Position numbers and translations under genes: made by a program. DNA of 64,000 nucleotides from Candidatus Micrarchaeota archaeon (GTDB lineage: Archaea; Micrarchaeota; Micrarchaeia; Anstonellales; Bilamarchaeaceae). Positions within the stretch are counted from its first letter, which is position 1. The number at the start of each line of letters is the position of its first letter. This document shows, piece by piece, positions 29,299-39,422 of this stretch. The DNA lies in contig JBDRLQ010000001.1 of assembly GCA_043812915.1 (NCBI GenBank), positions 1 to 64,000 on the forward strand, read 5' to 3'. The notes beneath the pieces were generated by a model. That model did no database searches and was not told the origin of the DNA. It saw only the letters and a list, made by a program, of their open reading frames with translations.

Positions 29299-31569
29299 CT
29301 ACCCGATGATAATCCGGGCATTGGCCTTCCAGGCCTCAATGGCCTCCTTGAATTCCGGCTTCTGCACAAACAGTATGCTATCGAGCTCCTTGTCCCTCAT
29401 GTAGACAAGCACGGTCTTGGTGCCGATTGCCGCGAAGCTTGTCGGCTCGCCCTCGCCCAGGTTCTTGCCGAGCGAGACGAGGTAGTTCTTCAGCTTTATC
29501 GCCAGGATTTTCTGGACAGTTTCGCTGCCGCTGCCCATCTTCGCAAGAACTACCTGCTCATTCTTGAGCACCACGACCCCGCTGTAGAGGCCCTTGGTCA
29601 TCATGGACGCGAACAGCTTCTCCGGGGACACCTGCTTTTTCTTTATCGCATTGCCCTCAAACGACACTCCCTGCGCCTTATGGGCCTTGGCGTACCTGCT
29701 CATCGCCCAGTTCCTGAGTGAAGTCGGGACGGTCACAAGCGAGGTCGGGTATACCTCCCCCTGCTCTATGAGCATCTTGTCCATCGCTTCCTCCCATTTG
29801 GCCCAGTTCTCCTCGGCAAGGCGCTGCTTCTCATTCAGCTTCTCGATTGCCCCTTCGACCTTGGCCAAATCGTCATCGATGATTTTCCGGTTCCTCGCAT
29901 CCATCTTCTTGGAGATCGTCGCAATCTTGTCGGCCTTGATTGAGGTGACGATGTCGTATTCCTCCCCAACTTCGAACTCCGAGGCGCTGGCCTTCTTGAC
30001 AAGGTCCGAGAGGTCCTTCACCCTTTCCATGAGCAGGTCTGCCCTGGTGTGGAAGAGCTCCTTCTCCTCCCGTATCGCCACCCCATAAGCGCGCTCGAGC
30101 AGCATGATTTTCAGCAGGTTCTCTATTGTCGTGTATGTCAGCAGCAGCCCGATGAAGCCACATGCCGCTCCGACAAGCCCCCACCAGTTCACAAGCATGA
30201 ATTCCACCGGCCCCAAATCAATAATTGATTCAGGTGCAGGTGCCTCGGGCGCCATGAACAGCGCGGTTCCGAAGCCGGCGGCCAGGAGCACGATGGCTAT
30301 CACCAGATCGGTCTTCCATCGTATCTCGGTCCTTCCAAGGGCCTTGCGCACGCCGACCATCGCCTTCTCCCCAGCGGCTTTGGCGCGCAGCATTGAAACG
30401 AACAGTGTGATTATGGTATATGCTATGAACAGCACCACGAGCAGCAGGCTGGATATGATTCCAAGCGAAAGATAGTAGTTCCGCGTGGTGGAATACAGTT
30501 CCATGAATACCGCGTTCACCGGTTCAAGCGCGATAAGGTTCAGCCCTTTCACGGTGAGCTTGGGGACATAATACTTGTTCGCGACGGATCCTGGGGGCGC
30601 GGTCGAATCGAAGCTGTACATCAGCATGTACTCCTCCTCGGCGACCTCGAGCGGGTTCCACTCCACCATGACATTGGCCCCGTCAGTAGTCGCGATTTCC
30701 TGGGAGGAGCTAAGTTCATCCCCGCTGAGGACTGCGCCATTCGGAATCTGCTCCTGGATGCTTATGCTCTCCATGCTCTTCCCAAGGGATTTTTCGCTCG
30801 TTATGTCCCTCACGGTGAGCGTGACGAAATAAGTGTAGCTTTCATTCTCAATAGTGTAATTGCCAATCATCCGCGCGGCTTCGGTGAGCTTGTCAACCCC
30901 GAAATCCTCATGGCTGCAGAGCAGGACCTCATCACGGGTGTATATCGGAAGGGAGTTTATCCTGGCCATGCTGGAGACCACCTCCATCAGGAAGTTGAGG
31001 TAGATATCCTTCGCATGCCCATCCCCGTTCCTCAGCGTAAGCACGTCCTTCCTAGCCTCGAAGAGATTGGCGTTTAGTTCACCCACGCTGCGGATGTACT
31101 CCATCATCGAGCCGCCCACGACCTCGCTGTAGCTTTCGGTAATCTTCCTGCACTTGACCGAGTTGCTGGAGCAGAGCTTGACGCATGTGCTGACGTCTAT
31201 GCAATTGACGCTCTGTATCCCCAGGTTCTTGGAGCAGGCGAATTCGGCGGTATTCTTCGAGTCTGAGAAATCCTCGAGGGAATTATCGGCCATCAGCAGG
31301 TCAAGGTCGGTGATATTCGCATAAGAAGAGTAAGTGCCTTTGGTGGAAATCGCGACGGCAATCTGCCTCTGCAGTGTCTTTCCCGCACCCTCATTCCTGA
31401 TTGGCATGAAATTATATATTATATAATCAGGATTCCCATCCCCATCCATGTCAGTATGTCTTGAGGAAGTGATTTGCTCGCTCTCCACGCTCGGATAGCT
31501 TGCCTGCTCTATGCATCCAAAGCCGGCAACAAGCATCAGAACTGCTAACAGAAGAACGGCGCCTCGCAT
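29299..31569 (-). CDS. Large membrane protein: lipobox, Cys-rich ectodomain, three TMs, coiled coil and Roadblock-like C-terminal domain
   Basis: LVAGFGC, DMDGDGNPD, several Cys, three hydrophobic segments, and a C-terminal beta-beta-alpha-beta-beta-beta-alpha pattern. Confidence 0.75.
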   Translation of the reverse strand: MRGAVLLLAVLMLVAGFGCIEQASYPSVESEQITSSRHTDMDGDGNPDYIIYNFMPIRNEGAGKTLQRQIAVAISTKGTYSSYANITDLDLLMADNSLEDFSDSKNTAEFACSKNLGIQSVNCIDVSTCVKLCSSNSVKCRKITESYSEVVGGSMMEYIRSVGELNANLFEARKDVLTLRNGDGHAKDIYLNFLMEVVSSMARINSLPIYTRDEVLLCSHEDFGVDKLTEAARMIGNYTIENESYTYFVTLTVRDITSEKSLGKSMESISIQEQIPNGAVLSGDELSSSQEIATTDGANVMVEWNPLEVAEEEYMLMYSFDSTAPPGSVANKYYVPKLTVKGLNLIALEPVNAVFMELYSTTRNYYLSLGIISSLLLVVLFIAYTIITLFVSMLRAKAAGEKAMVGVRKALGRTEIRWKTDLVIAIVLLAAGFGTALFMAPEAPAPESIIDLGPVEFMLVNWWGLVGAACGFIGLLLTYTTIENLLKIMLLERAYGVAIREEKELFHTRADLLMERVKDLSDLVKKASASEFEVGEEYDIVTSIKADKIATISKKMDARNRKIIDDDLAKVEGAIEKLNEKQRLAEENWAKWEEAMDKMLIEQGEVYPTSLVTVPTSLRNWAMSRYAKAHKAQGVSFEGNAIKKKQVSPEKLFASMMTKGLYSGVVVLKNEQVVLAKMGSGSETVQKILAIKLKNYLVSLGKNLGEGEPTSFAAIGTKTVLVYMRDKELDSILFVQKPEFKEAIEAWKANARIIIG

Positions 31570-31679
31570 GTGAAGCTTTCCGAGCTTTCATTTAAATTGC
31601 TTACGCAGCCCCCTCTCCTCCGGCCGGGCAGGAATGTCATTCTGCTTATTTTTAAAACTGTTGTAGTAAAGATAGCATT

Positions 31680-32333
31680 ATGTCTTTTGAACAACGGCGC
31701 GTGAGATTCAGCGCCGCCCTGCAGGGAACAAAAAAGAAACGGCCCGGGCTAACCGGCTTCCTGCTCGATGATTTGAGCGCCCTTGGCATAAACCGCCTGA
31801 AAATCGGCGATGTCGCAGAGAAGATGCGCGAGCACGGGCACTCGGCGGAATTCTATGCCCTGACAGTCCGCGCCGCGCTCGAGAGGCACAAGGTGGAAGC
31901 CACCCCGAAAGAGGTCATCGACGCCAGAGAAGATGTGTATGGCGCGCCAACATCCGCGCTCTGGGACATCCTTGGCAGGACCAGGACCAAGCCGCTTCTA
32001 TGCTCGATAAATGAAGTCCTCGCTAGCAATTCTGCCCTTGCAGAAGAGCTGAAATACATGAATTCCAGGGCGGAGATTGAGTTCGAAATCAGGCACGCTC
32101 AGAGGCGCCTGAACTTCTGTTCGCTCTCCGGGGCGGCCGTTGCGATGGTCACGCAGCTGGCAGCGGCAGCGCATTCCGGGACAACTGCAGGCTCGGTCCT
32201 GACCGGAGCCTCATTCCTGCTAATCAGTTTTTTCGTCATTGGGACCCTTAGCCGCCTATCAACATTAAACGAGGTTCGGGACAGGCTGAGGAAACTGGAA
32301 GAATCATCAAACCAGAAGTCCGGGCAGCAGTAG
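31680..32333 (+). CDS. Hypothetical protein with two C-terminal TM helices
   Basis: 217 aa with a TTTTAAA TATA upstream. Confidence 0.7.
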   Translation: MSFEQRRVRFSAALQGTKKKRPGLTGFLLDDLSALGINRLKIGDVAEKMREHGHSAEFYALTVRAALERHKVEATPKEVIDAREDVYGAPTSALWDILGRTRTKPLLCSINEVLASNSALAEELKYMNSRAEIEFEIRHAQRRLNFCSLSGAAVAMVTQLAAAAHSGTTAGSVLTGASFLLISFFVIGTLSRLSTLNEVRDRLRKLEESSNQKSGQQ

Positions 32334-32365
32334 CTCTATATAAATTTTTTTGGCGCAGCTATGGC

Positions 32366-33643
32366 ATGGCAGCCGGACCAAAGCGCATTCTTAAGGGAGT
32401 TCTGGAACTTGTCAGCCCCAGCAGGAAGGAGGTGCTGGCGGAATCCGCTTTCGCCAGGTCCATAATCAGGAAGATTGCAAACGCCTGCCCGAAAGGATGC
32501 AAGGTCGTCCTCGCCGGCTCGGTCGCAAAAGGGACATTCCTCCGCGATTCCAAGGACCTGGACATCTTCGTCCTTGTCGGAAAGGGGATTCCAAAGGCAA
32601 GCATGGAGAACATGCTAAAATCCATCATAAGGAAGGCGTATCCGGGCATTGGACACCAGCTTAGCTATGCCGAGCACCCATACCTTCGCTTCCATCTGGA
32701 GGGCAGGAGGATAGACCTGGTGCCCGCATACTCCATAAGGCATGCGGGAGAGCGCCTGAGCGCGGTGGACCGCTCGGTGCTGCATACCAAATACATCCTG
32801 AAGAACCTTAAGAAATCCCGGAAGGGGGACGTGCTCCTGCTCAAGAAATTCCTGAAGGCGAATTCGCTCTATGGCGCCGAGATAAAGACCGAGGGATTCC
32901 CCGGCTATCTCTGCGAGCTCCTGATACTAAGATACGGCAGCTTCATGAAGCTGGTTCGCACGGCCCCGGTTTGGAAGCTCCCAATCGTAATCGATTCGGC
33001 AAGGCACTACGGAAAAAAGGAACTGGGAGGGCTTCCGGAAAAATTCAGCTCGTCCCTGGTCGTAATAGACCCGACCGACCGCAACAGGAACGTCGCGGCG
33101 GCTTTATCCGAAAAGAACCTGAAGGCGTTCATCTCCCTGTGCAGCCGCTTTGCCAAGTCCCCCTCATCCAGGCTCTTCCTGAAGGCACCTCCCACTTTCG
33201 CCAGCAATGTCTCTGCTGCAAAAAGAAAGCACGGGGTCTACCTAATCACCATGCCAAAGCCCGATGTCGTAGATGATATCCTCTGGGGCCAGCTGAAAAA
33301 GCTACTGAAGCAGCTCTTTGCGTCCATGAAGGAGTTCTGCCCCGCGGAGCCATTCGCTGATGATGAAGGCGCTATCACGATTGCCCTGCCGCTTGGCAAA
33401 TCAGTCCTTCCTGAAAAGGAAATCCTTCTTGGCCCGCCGCTGGATATGGGTGGGCACCTTGCCCATTTCAGGAAAGCGCACAAGGGCGCCAAATTCATGA
33501 AAAAGAATGGCCGGCTCTGCGCTGTGAGGAAAAGGAAAATCAGAAAAGCGGAGGATGCCATTTCAGAATTCTTCAGGAAATACTCGGCTAAGGGCACGCA
33601 TCTTTCAAATCCGCTCTCCAAAATGAAGATTGAAAAAGCCTGA
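32366..33643 (+). CDS. cca: CCA-adding enzyme (class I, archaeal)
   Basis: GSVAKGTFL..DLDIF, YAEHPY, DLVP, AVDRSVLHT, YGAE..GFPGYLCELL. Confidence 0.97.
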   Translation: MAAGPKRILKGVLELVSPSRKEVLAESAFARSIIRKIANACPKGCKVVLAGSVAKGTFLRDSKDLDIFVLVGKGIPKASMENMLKSIIRKAYPGIGHQLSYAEHPYLRFHLEGRRIDLVPAYSIRHAGERLSAVDRSVLHTKYILKNLKKSRKGDVLLLKKFLKANSLYGAEIKTEGFPGYLCELLILRYGSFMKLVRTAPVWKLPIVIDSARHYGKKELGGLPEKFSSSLVVIDPTDRNRNVAAALSEKNLKAFISLCSRFAKSPSSRLFLKAPPTFASNVSAAKRKHGVYLITMPKPDVVDDILWGQLKKLLKQLFASMKEFCPAEPFADDEGAITIALPLGKSVLPEKEILLGPPLDMGGHLAHFRKAHKGAKFMKKNGRLCAVRKRKIRKAEDAISEFFRKYSAKGTHLSNPLSKMKIEKA

Positions 33644-33645
33644 AC

Positions 33646-34890
33646 CTAGAGCTCAATCCTTTCTCCTAGGACAGGTGCGTTTGCGTCAATCCCGTAGCCT
33701 TCCCGCAGCTCCTGCGCGAATATCTCCGGAGAATCTCCGTGCACAAGGATGACCCTTTCCGGATTGGCCGCTTTTATGAACTGTATGAGCTCTTTCCTGC
33801 CCGCATGCGCGGAGAAGTCCAGGTATTCCACTGGCAGGTCGACCGAGAGCTCCTGGTCATTCTTGATTATGTGCCCTTCGTTCTGGAGCAGCCAGCCGTT
33901 CGTGTCCTGCATGCAGTAGCCCGTGAAGACCACCTTGGACTTCTGGTTCACATTGAACAGGTACCCTAGCACCGGCCCCCCGCTCATCATGCCTGCGCTG
34001 CTGACAATCACCGATGGAGACTGGGTCGCCATGCGCCTGTCCCGCAAGTCCTTTACCAGCGTTACGGTCTGAACATCCTTCCTGAACCTCTTGGCGTCCC
34101 GTATGTACTGGGGATTCTTGAGGTACAGCCTGGTAAGCTCCCTTCCCATCCCGTCAACAAAGACCGGGATGTTCCGGTCGTATTTCCGGATAAGGGAAAT
34201 CAGTTCCTGCGTTCTCCCTAGCGAGAATGCGGGCAGCAGGAAATTCCCGCCGCTATCAAGGGTTTCGCGCATCTCCTCCACGAATTTCTGCTCGAGCTCT
34301 CTGCGCGGCGGATGGTCCCTTTGCGCGTAGGTGCTCTCGATAATGAGCGTGTCGACATCCTTTACCTTCTTTGCGCCTTCGTGCATCTGCGTGGCTTCCA
34401 TCTTGAAGTCGCCTGTATAGCACACCCTCTTGCCCTTGTACTCGATATCCACAATCGCTGCGCCGGCGATGTGCCCTGCATCATGCAGCTTTATCCTAGT
34501 CTCACCCGTATGCACCGGCCTGCCATATAGCATGGGGGCCCAGTACTTGAGGGCTTTCTTGTAATGGCCGACCGTGTAGGGCAGATCAGGGCCCATTATC
34601 TTCATGGAGTCTTTCCAGAGGACTTCGCAGAAGTCCCTTGTCGGGGGAGTGGCATACCACCTTATTTTTGAGTTCCTGTAGAAGGCGGGCACGAACCCGC
34701 TGTGGTCCAGGTGTGCGTGGCTAATCACCGCGAAGTCCGGGGTTATGTCATTCGCCGGGTACTGCGCCTGGCCGCTAGGGTCGAATATCTTAATCCCATA
34801 ATCCAGCATTATGCGCTTGTCGGTCTGAAGAAGGAAAGCGCTCCGGCCAACTTCGCGTGAAGCCCCGAAGCACTCGAGATGAAACGCCAT
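33646..34890 (-). CDS. MBL-fold beta-CASP ribonuclease (no KH domains)
   Basis: SHAHLDHSG, AGHIAG, YTGD, ESTY, FSLGRTQE, FSAHA, VHGD. Confidence 0.93.
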   Translation of the reverse strand: MAFHLECFGASREVGRSAFLLQTDKRIMLDYGIKIFDPSGQAQYPANDITPDFAVISHAHLDHSGFVPAFYRNSKIRWYATPPTRDFCEVLWKDSMKIMGPDLPYTVGHYKKALKYWAPMLYGRPVHTGETRIKLHDAGHIAGAAIVDIEYKGKRVCYTGDFKMEATQMHEGAKKVKDVDTLIIESTYAQRDHPPRRELEQKFVEEMRETLDSGGNFLLPAFSLGRTQELISLIRKYDRNIPVFVDGMGRELTRLYLKNPQYIRDAKRFRKDVQTVTLVKDLRDRRMATQSPSVIVSSAGMMSGGPVLGYLFNVNQKSKVVFTGYCMQDTNGWLLQNEGHIIKNDQELSVDLPVEYLDFSAHAGRKELIQFIKAANPERVILVHGDSPEIFAQELREGYGIDANAPVLGERIEL

Positions 34891-34944
34891 ACCCTTCAGC
34901 ATGGCAAAGAAGATATTTAATACCCGCATGTAATATTTACGCTA

Positions 34945-35349
34945 ATGACCAGTATCGAGGAAATCAAGAGAAATCTTGTAATGTCAATCATATTGATAAT
35001 CGTGATATTCGCAGTTGGCTCCATCGCCTACAATTATCTTGAGGGCTGGTCCCTGCTCGATTCAATCTATTTCATAACGATGACTGTTACCACCGTCGGC
35101 TATGGGGACATCATCCCCCACACCCCCGAGGGGAAGGTATTCACGATAGGCCTCGTCTGGATTGGCGTTTCTGTCGCCTTCTTCCTGATTTACAGCATAG
35201 CGGCATACAGGGAATCCGCTTTCGACCGCCACGTGGTGAACAAGCTTGAGATGCTCCGGAACATTACCCTGATCCGGAGGGGCCCTAAGAAAATCGAGAA
35301 AAACAGGAGCTCAATCAGGCCCATCAGGAAGATGCTCGGTGAGATGTGA
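34945..35349 (+). CDS. Two-TM potassium channel pore subunit (no RCK domain)
   Basis: Selectivity filter TVTTVGYGD between two TMs. Confidence 0.93.
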   Translation: MTSIEEIKRNLVMSIILIIVIFAVGSIAYNYLEGWSLLDSIYFITMTVTTVGYGDIIPHTPEGKVFTIGLVWIGVSVAFFLIYSIAAYRESAFDRHVVNKLEMLRNITLIRRGPKKIEKNRSSIRPIRKMLGEM

Positions 35350-35407
35350 ATCCCATCCTTTTTTCATTCCTTCCATTCTGAAGTTAACTTATCTGAGGTA
35401 AAAGCCA

Positions 35408-36106
35408 ATGTCCGAAACGTACTCCGAGAAGTTCCTGAGGAACACCGGCACGCTTGAGCCGAAAGAGCAGAAGAGGCTCCGCGAAGCCGTATTCTGCATA
35501 GTCGGCATGGGGGGCACAGGGGGATTCTGCTTCGAGAACCTTCTTCGGCTTGGCTGCGAGGACTTCATCCTCTTCGATTCCGACAGGTTCGAGCTCTGCA
35601 ATTTCAACCGGCAGATTCTTGCGACGGATGAGGTCGTGGACCTTGCCAAGGTGGATGCTGCGGTCCGGCGCGCGAGGGAAGTGAACGATTCGGCCAGGAT
35701 AAGGAAACTGGAAGCGTTCGGCCCTCGAACCTCCGGCGAAATCAGGGACTGCGAAATTGTGATAGATGGCACCGACAACCTTCCTGCAAGGGCTGAAATC
35801 GCAAAGGCATGCAGGGAGCATGGAAAGCCCTATGTCTTCTGCTCAGCGGCCTCATCCAGGGGCATAGTCACGATTTTCGATAATTACAGCTTTGAAAAGG
35901 CGTTCCAGCTTCCAGAAGGCCCGAAAGAGCTGGACGGGCGGGGGACCTGCTCCAGCGTGGTGTGCCCAGCGGCATCCCTGGCGGGCACAATCGGGGCGGC
36001 GCAGGCGGCCAATTACCTCCTGGGCAAGCCTTTTGCAAAGGCGCCAGACGCTATTTTCTTCGATATTTTCAGGGAGGATGTTTTCTGGAGGGCGAGGCTC
36101 GGATGA
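35408..36106 (+). CDS. ThiF/MoeB/E1-like adenylyltransferase
   Basis: GMGGTG, DSDRFELCNFNRQ, K, DGTDN..R. Confidence 0.93.
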   Translation: MSETYSEKFLRNTGTLEPKEQKRLREAVFCIVGMGGTGGFCFENLLRLGCEDFILFDSDRFELCNFNRQILATDEVVDLAKVDAAVRRAREVNDSARIRKLEAFGPRTSGEIRDCEIVIDGTDNLPARAEIAKACREHGKPYVFCSAASSRGIVTIFDNYSFEKAFQLPEGPKELDGRGTCSSVVCPAASLAGTIGAAQAANYLLGKPFAKAPDAIFFDIFREDVFWRARLG

Positions 36107-36384
36107 TAGAGTACAATCTAGTGGATTCATGCACCAGCACCAATTCCTTCGAGGTGAAATTCAAGAAGAACAAAATCGATCTCAAGAAGGCCGAGCCGGT
36201 GCTGTCAGGCATCGGGGAGTCGGCGGCGGTTACTCCGGTCGTCCTGCTCTTCAAGATAAAGGGCTATGCGGTCAGTATCTATGCCAGCGGCAGGATGCTG
36301 ATAAAGAACATAGAAAAGGCGGAGGCAGATTCCATCGCGAAAGAGCTGGTCTCCACGCTTGAATCCGGGGGTGCGATACAATGA
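36103..36384 (+). CDS. Small protein resembling the C-terminal TBP-like domain of long MoeB/ThiF proteins
   Basis: 93 aa. VDSCTSTNSFEV..VSIYASGRMLIKN followed by a helix. ATGA-coupled on both sides. Confidence 0.65.
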   Translation: MIEYNLVDSCTSTNSFEVKFKKNKIDLKKAEPVLSGIGESAAVTPVVLLFKIKGYAVSIYASGRMLIKNIEKAEADSIAKELVSTLESGGAIQ

Positions 36385-37040
36385 AAATCGATTTCCATGT
36401 GCATACGAAATTCTCCCCGGATTCGATAATATCCCCGGATGATTTGGCCAGAAAATCAAAGAAGCTGAAAATAATCCCGGCGATAACCGACCACAATTCC
36501 ATGGGTGCGGTAAAGCACCTGCGGAAACTGAAAATCCCATTCATCCCGGGCCAGGAAGTCCATACCGACCGCGGTGATTTGATTGGCCTTTACACAAATG
36601 AAGCAATCCCCAAAGGCACCCCATTCGCCGAAACGGCGGACAAGATTCATGGGCAGGGCGGAATCACCTACCTTCCCCATATGTACGATATTACCCGCGC
36701 AGGGGCGGTGCCGGCGGAGGGCGAAGAGGGAAAGATGGACATAATAGAGGTATTCAATGCCAGGTGCATGAGCGACATGTTCAACCTGCGCGCCCGCCTT
36801 TTCGCCAAGAAGCACAAAAAGCCTGTCGCTGCCGGGAGCGACACTCATTTCCTGTGGGAATTCGGAACCACTTATACCGGGCTTCCTGATTTTGATTTGG
36901 AAAACCCGAAGGAACTGCTCAAGGCATTGGAAAAGGGGGAAATTGTCGGAAAGAAAGCGCCCTTTTACGTGCGCGGGACTACAAGCATGCTCAAAGCTGG
37001 CAGGAAACTGTCAAAGGCCCTGCTGCTTTCCAGGGAATAG
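36381..37040 (+). CDS. PHP-family metal-dependent phosphoesterase
   Basis: DFHVHTKFSPD, ITDHN, GQE, PHMYD, EVFNAR, GSDTH. Confidence 0.93.
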   Translation: MKIDFHVHTKFSPDSIISPDDLARKSKKLKIIPAITDHNSMGAVKHLRKLKIPFIPGQEVHTDRGDLIGLYTNEAIPKGTPFAETADKIHGQGGITYLPHMYDITRAGAVPAEGEEGKMDIIEVFNARCMSDMFNLRARLFAKKHKKPVAAGSDTHFLWEFGTTYTGLPDFDLENPKELLKALEKGEIVGKKAPFYVRGTTSMLKAGRKLSKALLLSRE

Positions 37041-38183
37041 TCACTCTTTTTTCAGGACAAGCACCGAAGCGTCATCATCTGCAGGGATTAGCGCTCTGGA
37101 GTCTCTGGATGGCAGGTTCAGGTATGCCCCGTCTTTTACAAGGTTCATCCTTGCCCGGACCAGGCCCATCAGCTCCATGCCAAGGCCCTCCGCGTCCTGG
37201 AAGGCGGCAAGCATTTTTCTGATATCGGGCTCTCCGCTGACATCATGTATCCAGCCCTCGGAATCAAGCACAATCCAGAGATTCTTGGTTATGCCATCGC
37301 TAACAAGAATGAGCATCCCGCCTTTCCCGAGCATCCCCTCCGCAGTCTCAATCTTTCTCATGGCCGGAACGTCGCAATCATTTGCCCCGATGGAGCTGTC
37401 AACCACGTTCCTCAAAGAAGCGTATGACCTCAGGCTGAGGGCGCTCAATTCCAGGCGGCCATTCCCAAGCCCGTCATCATGCCACATGCTCTCATAATCC
37501 AGGAGCCTCCTGACCTTTCCGTCAGCGGCGGCATCATAGCCGGCCGAGTCCCCTGCGGATGCGATGAAATACCTGCCATCAGGGCGGACTGCGGCCATGA
37601 TTGCTGTGGTCCCCCCCTTAAATTCCTCCATCTCTCTTGGCTCCGGCACCATTGGCTTTGGGGGCGGCGTCGCCTCAGGGTCGTCCTTGCGAATCTCAGC
37701 AAGCAGTTCTTCCCATTCGCGGAGGGCATTCCTCTGGCCACTCAGCACTTTCTCCACCATCGGATTAATCGCCCGCCTTGATGCCTCAAGAAGGAATTCG
37801 AGGGCGCCTTCCTGGCTTTCGATGCCCTTGCCGCTCTCTTGCCAGAGCGAATGGATGCTTTCACACATGACTTTCGGGATTGTGCTCCCGAATGGCCCAA
37901 ACCCGTCAAACAGCGCAATCAGGTGGTGCCCTTCATCAGAAATAATAAGCGTCGCGTCCTGGCAGACCCTCATCGCCCGGTCAATGTGATTTTTTTTGAG
38001 CCGGCCCATCACAACCTCGCTGTAGATTGAGACATCTCCTGCGCGTAGGTGGGCCAGCGAATGTGTGCTCGGATCTTTGGGAAGCATTATCCCTCGCATT
38101 CCTTCAACTGCCCCATTGCCGCTGAACCTGCGCACGTTCTGCTCTCTTACAACTGGCCGCAGTTGTTTTTTCATATCGCCCAC
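37041..38183 (-). CDS. PP2C/PPM-like phosphatase with an N-terminal extension
   Basis: CQDA, LFDGFG, GTT, AGDS, LVSDGI, DDASVLV. Confidence 0.85.
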   Translation of the reverse strand: MGDMKKQLRPVVREQNVRRFSGNGAVEGMRGIMLPKDPSTHSLAHLRAGDVSIYSEVVMGRLKKNHIDRAMRVCQDATLIISDEGHHLIALFDGFGPFGSTIPKVMCESIHSLWQESGKGIESQEGALEFLLEASRRAINPMVEKVLSGQRNALREWEELLAEIRKDDPEATPPPKPMVPEPREMEEFKGGTTAIMAAVRPDGRYFIASAGDSAGYDAAADGKVRRLLDYESMWHDDGLGNGRLELSALSLRSYASLRNVVDSSIGANDCDVPAMRKIETAEGMLGKGGMLILVSDGITKNLWIVLDSEGWIHDVSGEPDIRKMLAAFQDAEGLGMELMGLVRARMNLVKDGAYLNLPSRDSRALIPADDDASVLVLKKE

Positions 38184-38345
38184 AAAAGTATATTTTCAAA
38201 CAAATGTTTAAATACTTTTCTAAAAATCTGTTGGAAGAAGCCATGTTTTTCCGGGAAAACAGAACTCTTCCATAGAATAATTATATCGGAAAAATCGCCA
38301 AAAACTCCGAAACCTATTTAATCATAAATACACCAACCTGTTTCC

Positions 38346-39362
38346 ATGGCTGGAGAATTCATAGGAGTTGAAATTGCAGTAATAATCGTAACGGCGTCCA
38401 TACTTCTGGCCGGCATCCTAGTCGGTGTCGGCCGGGCTTTCAACTACAAGCGCATTGAGCACTTCGGCATTGAAGAGCTCATCCAGTCCGTAATCAACGC
38501 TGCGATAATCGGCGCTTTCGCCGCCATCATAGAACTGGTGAATGCAGTATCATCATCCCTGGTCGCAGAAACCTGCGTTGCGGGAGATGCAATCGCACAA
38601 TTAATCTGCACGCTGGAGAACCTAGACATATCGATGTTCTCAATGTTCCAGGAGCTTGTCCGGATGACCGAGGTGCTAGGATACTACCAATCGATTGCGC
38701 TTGTGCTAAGCTCGATAACCATCCAGCCTTTTGCCAACCTCACCGGAATGTCCGACCTTTTCATGTCCCAGCTCCTCTCGATGCAGTTCCTTCTTGTCCT
38801 GCTTGATCTGAACCTGCAGGTCCTGTACTTCGTGGCGCAGAACGCGCTGCTCCTGCTCTTCCCGCTCGGGCTTGTGCTAAGGACTTTATTTGCAACAAGG
38901 AAGCTCGGAGGATTCCTGATTGCCCTCTCTCTCGGGTTGTACATCCTCTACCCGTCCTTCGTCCTGATATTCCCTGACCCGTCTGATGACGTCCAGAACG
39001 CCACTTCCCAGATGAGCGCGTTCAATGACAACAGCCTGTATGCGACAATGCCGATTGTTGACCTCAATGACAATTACGCGCTGGCAGGGAAACTTGACCT
39101 GATGAGCGGAAGGTGCTTCGAGGAGGGCGTCAACGGGAGTTCGCACTGCGTTGAGTTCACTTCATCATATGCCGGGGATCCGCCGGACCTTAGCGGGGAG
39201 CTTACGGTAATCAGCCAGAGGAACTCATTCGCGATGTCCAAGGTCCTGCTGTACGCGATAATCGCGCCGCTCTTCTCGCTGCTTATCACAATCGTGTTCG
39301 TGAAAGAGGTGGCGTCACTGCTCGGCTCAGAGATCGGCCTCTCCAGCCTGGCCTCGGTTTAG
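38346..39362 (+). CDS. Polytopic membrane protein, VirB6/CedA-like
   Basis: About six TMs. LLFPLGLVLRTLFATRKLGGFLIALSLGLYILYP. Upstream of the VirB4-like genes. Confidence 0.65.
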   Translation: MAGEFIGVEIAVIIVTASILLAGILVGVGRAFNYKRIEHFGIEELIQSVINAAIIGAFAAIIELVNAVSSSLVAETCVAGDAIAQLICTLENLDISMFSMFQELVRMTEVLGYYQSIALVLSSITIQPFANLTGMSDLFMSQLLSMQFLLVLLDLNLQVLYFVAQNALLLLFPLGLVLRTLFATRKLGGFLIALSLGLYILYPSFVLIFPDPSDDVQNATSQMSAFNDNSLYATMPIVDLNDNYALAGKLDLMSGRCFEEGVNGSSHCVEFTSSYAGDPPDLSGELTVISQRNSFAMSKVLLYAIIAPLFSLLITIVFVKEVASLLGSEIGLSSLASV

Positions 39363-39422
39363 GCGGAGCCTTGCCCCAACATTTAAATAGTAGTCCCGAT
39401 ATTTTTCTCTGAGAGGTGAAGA

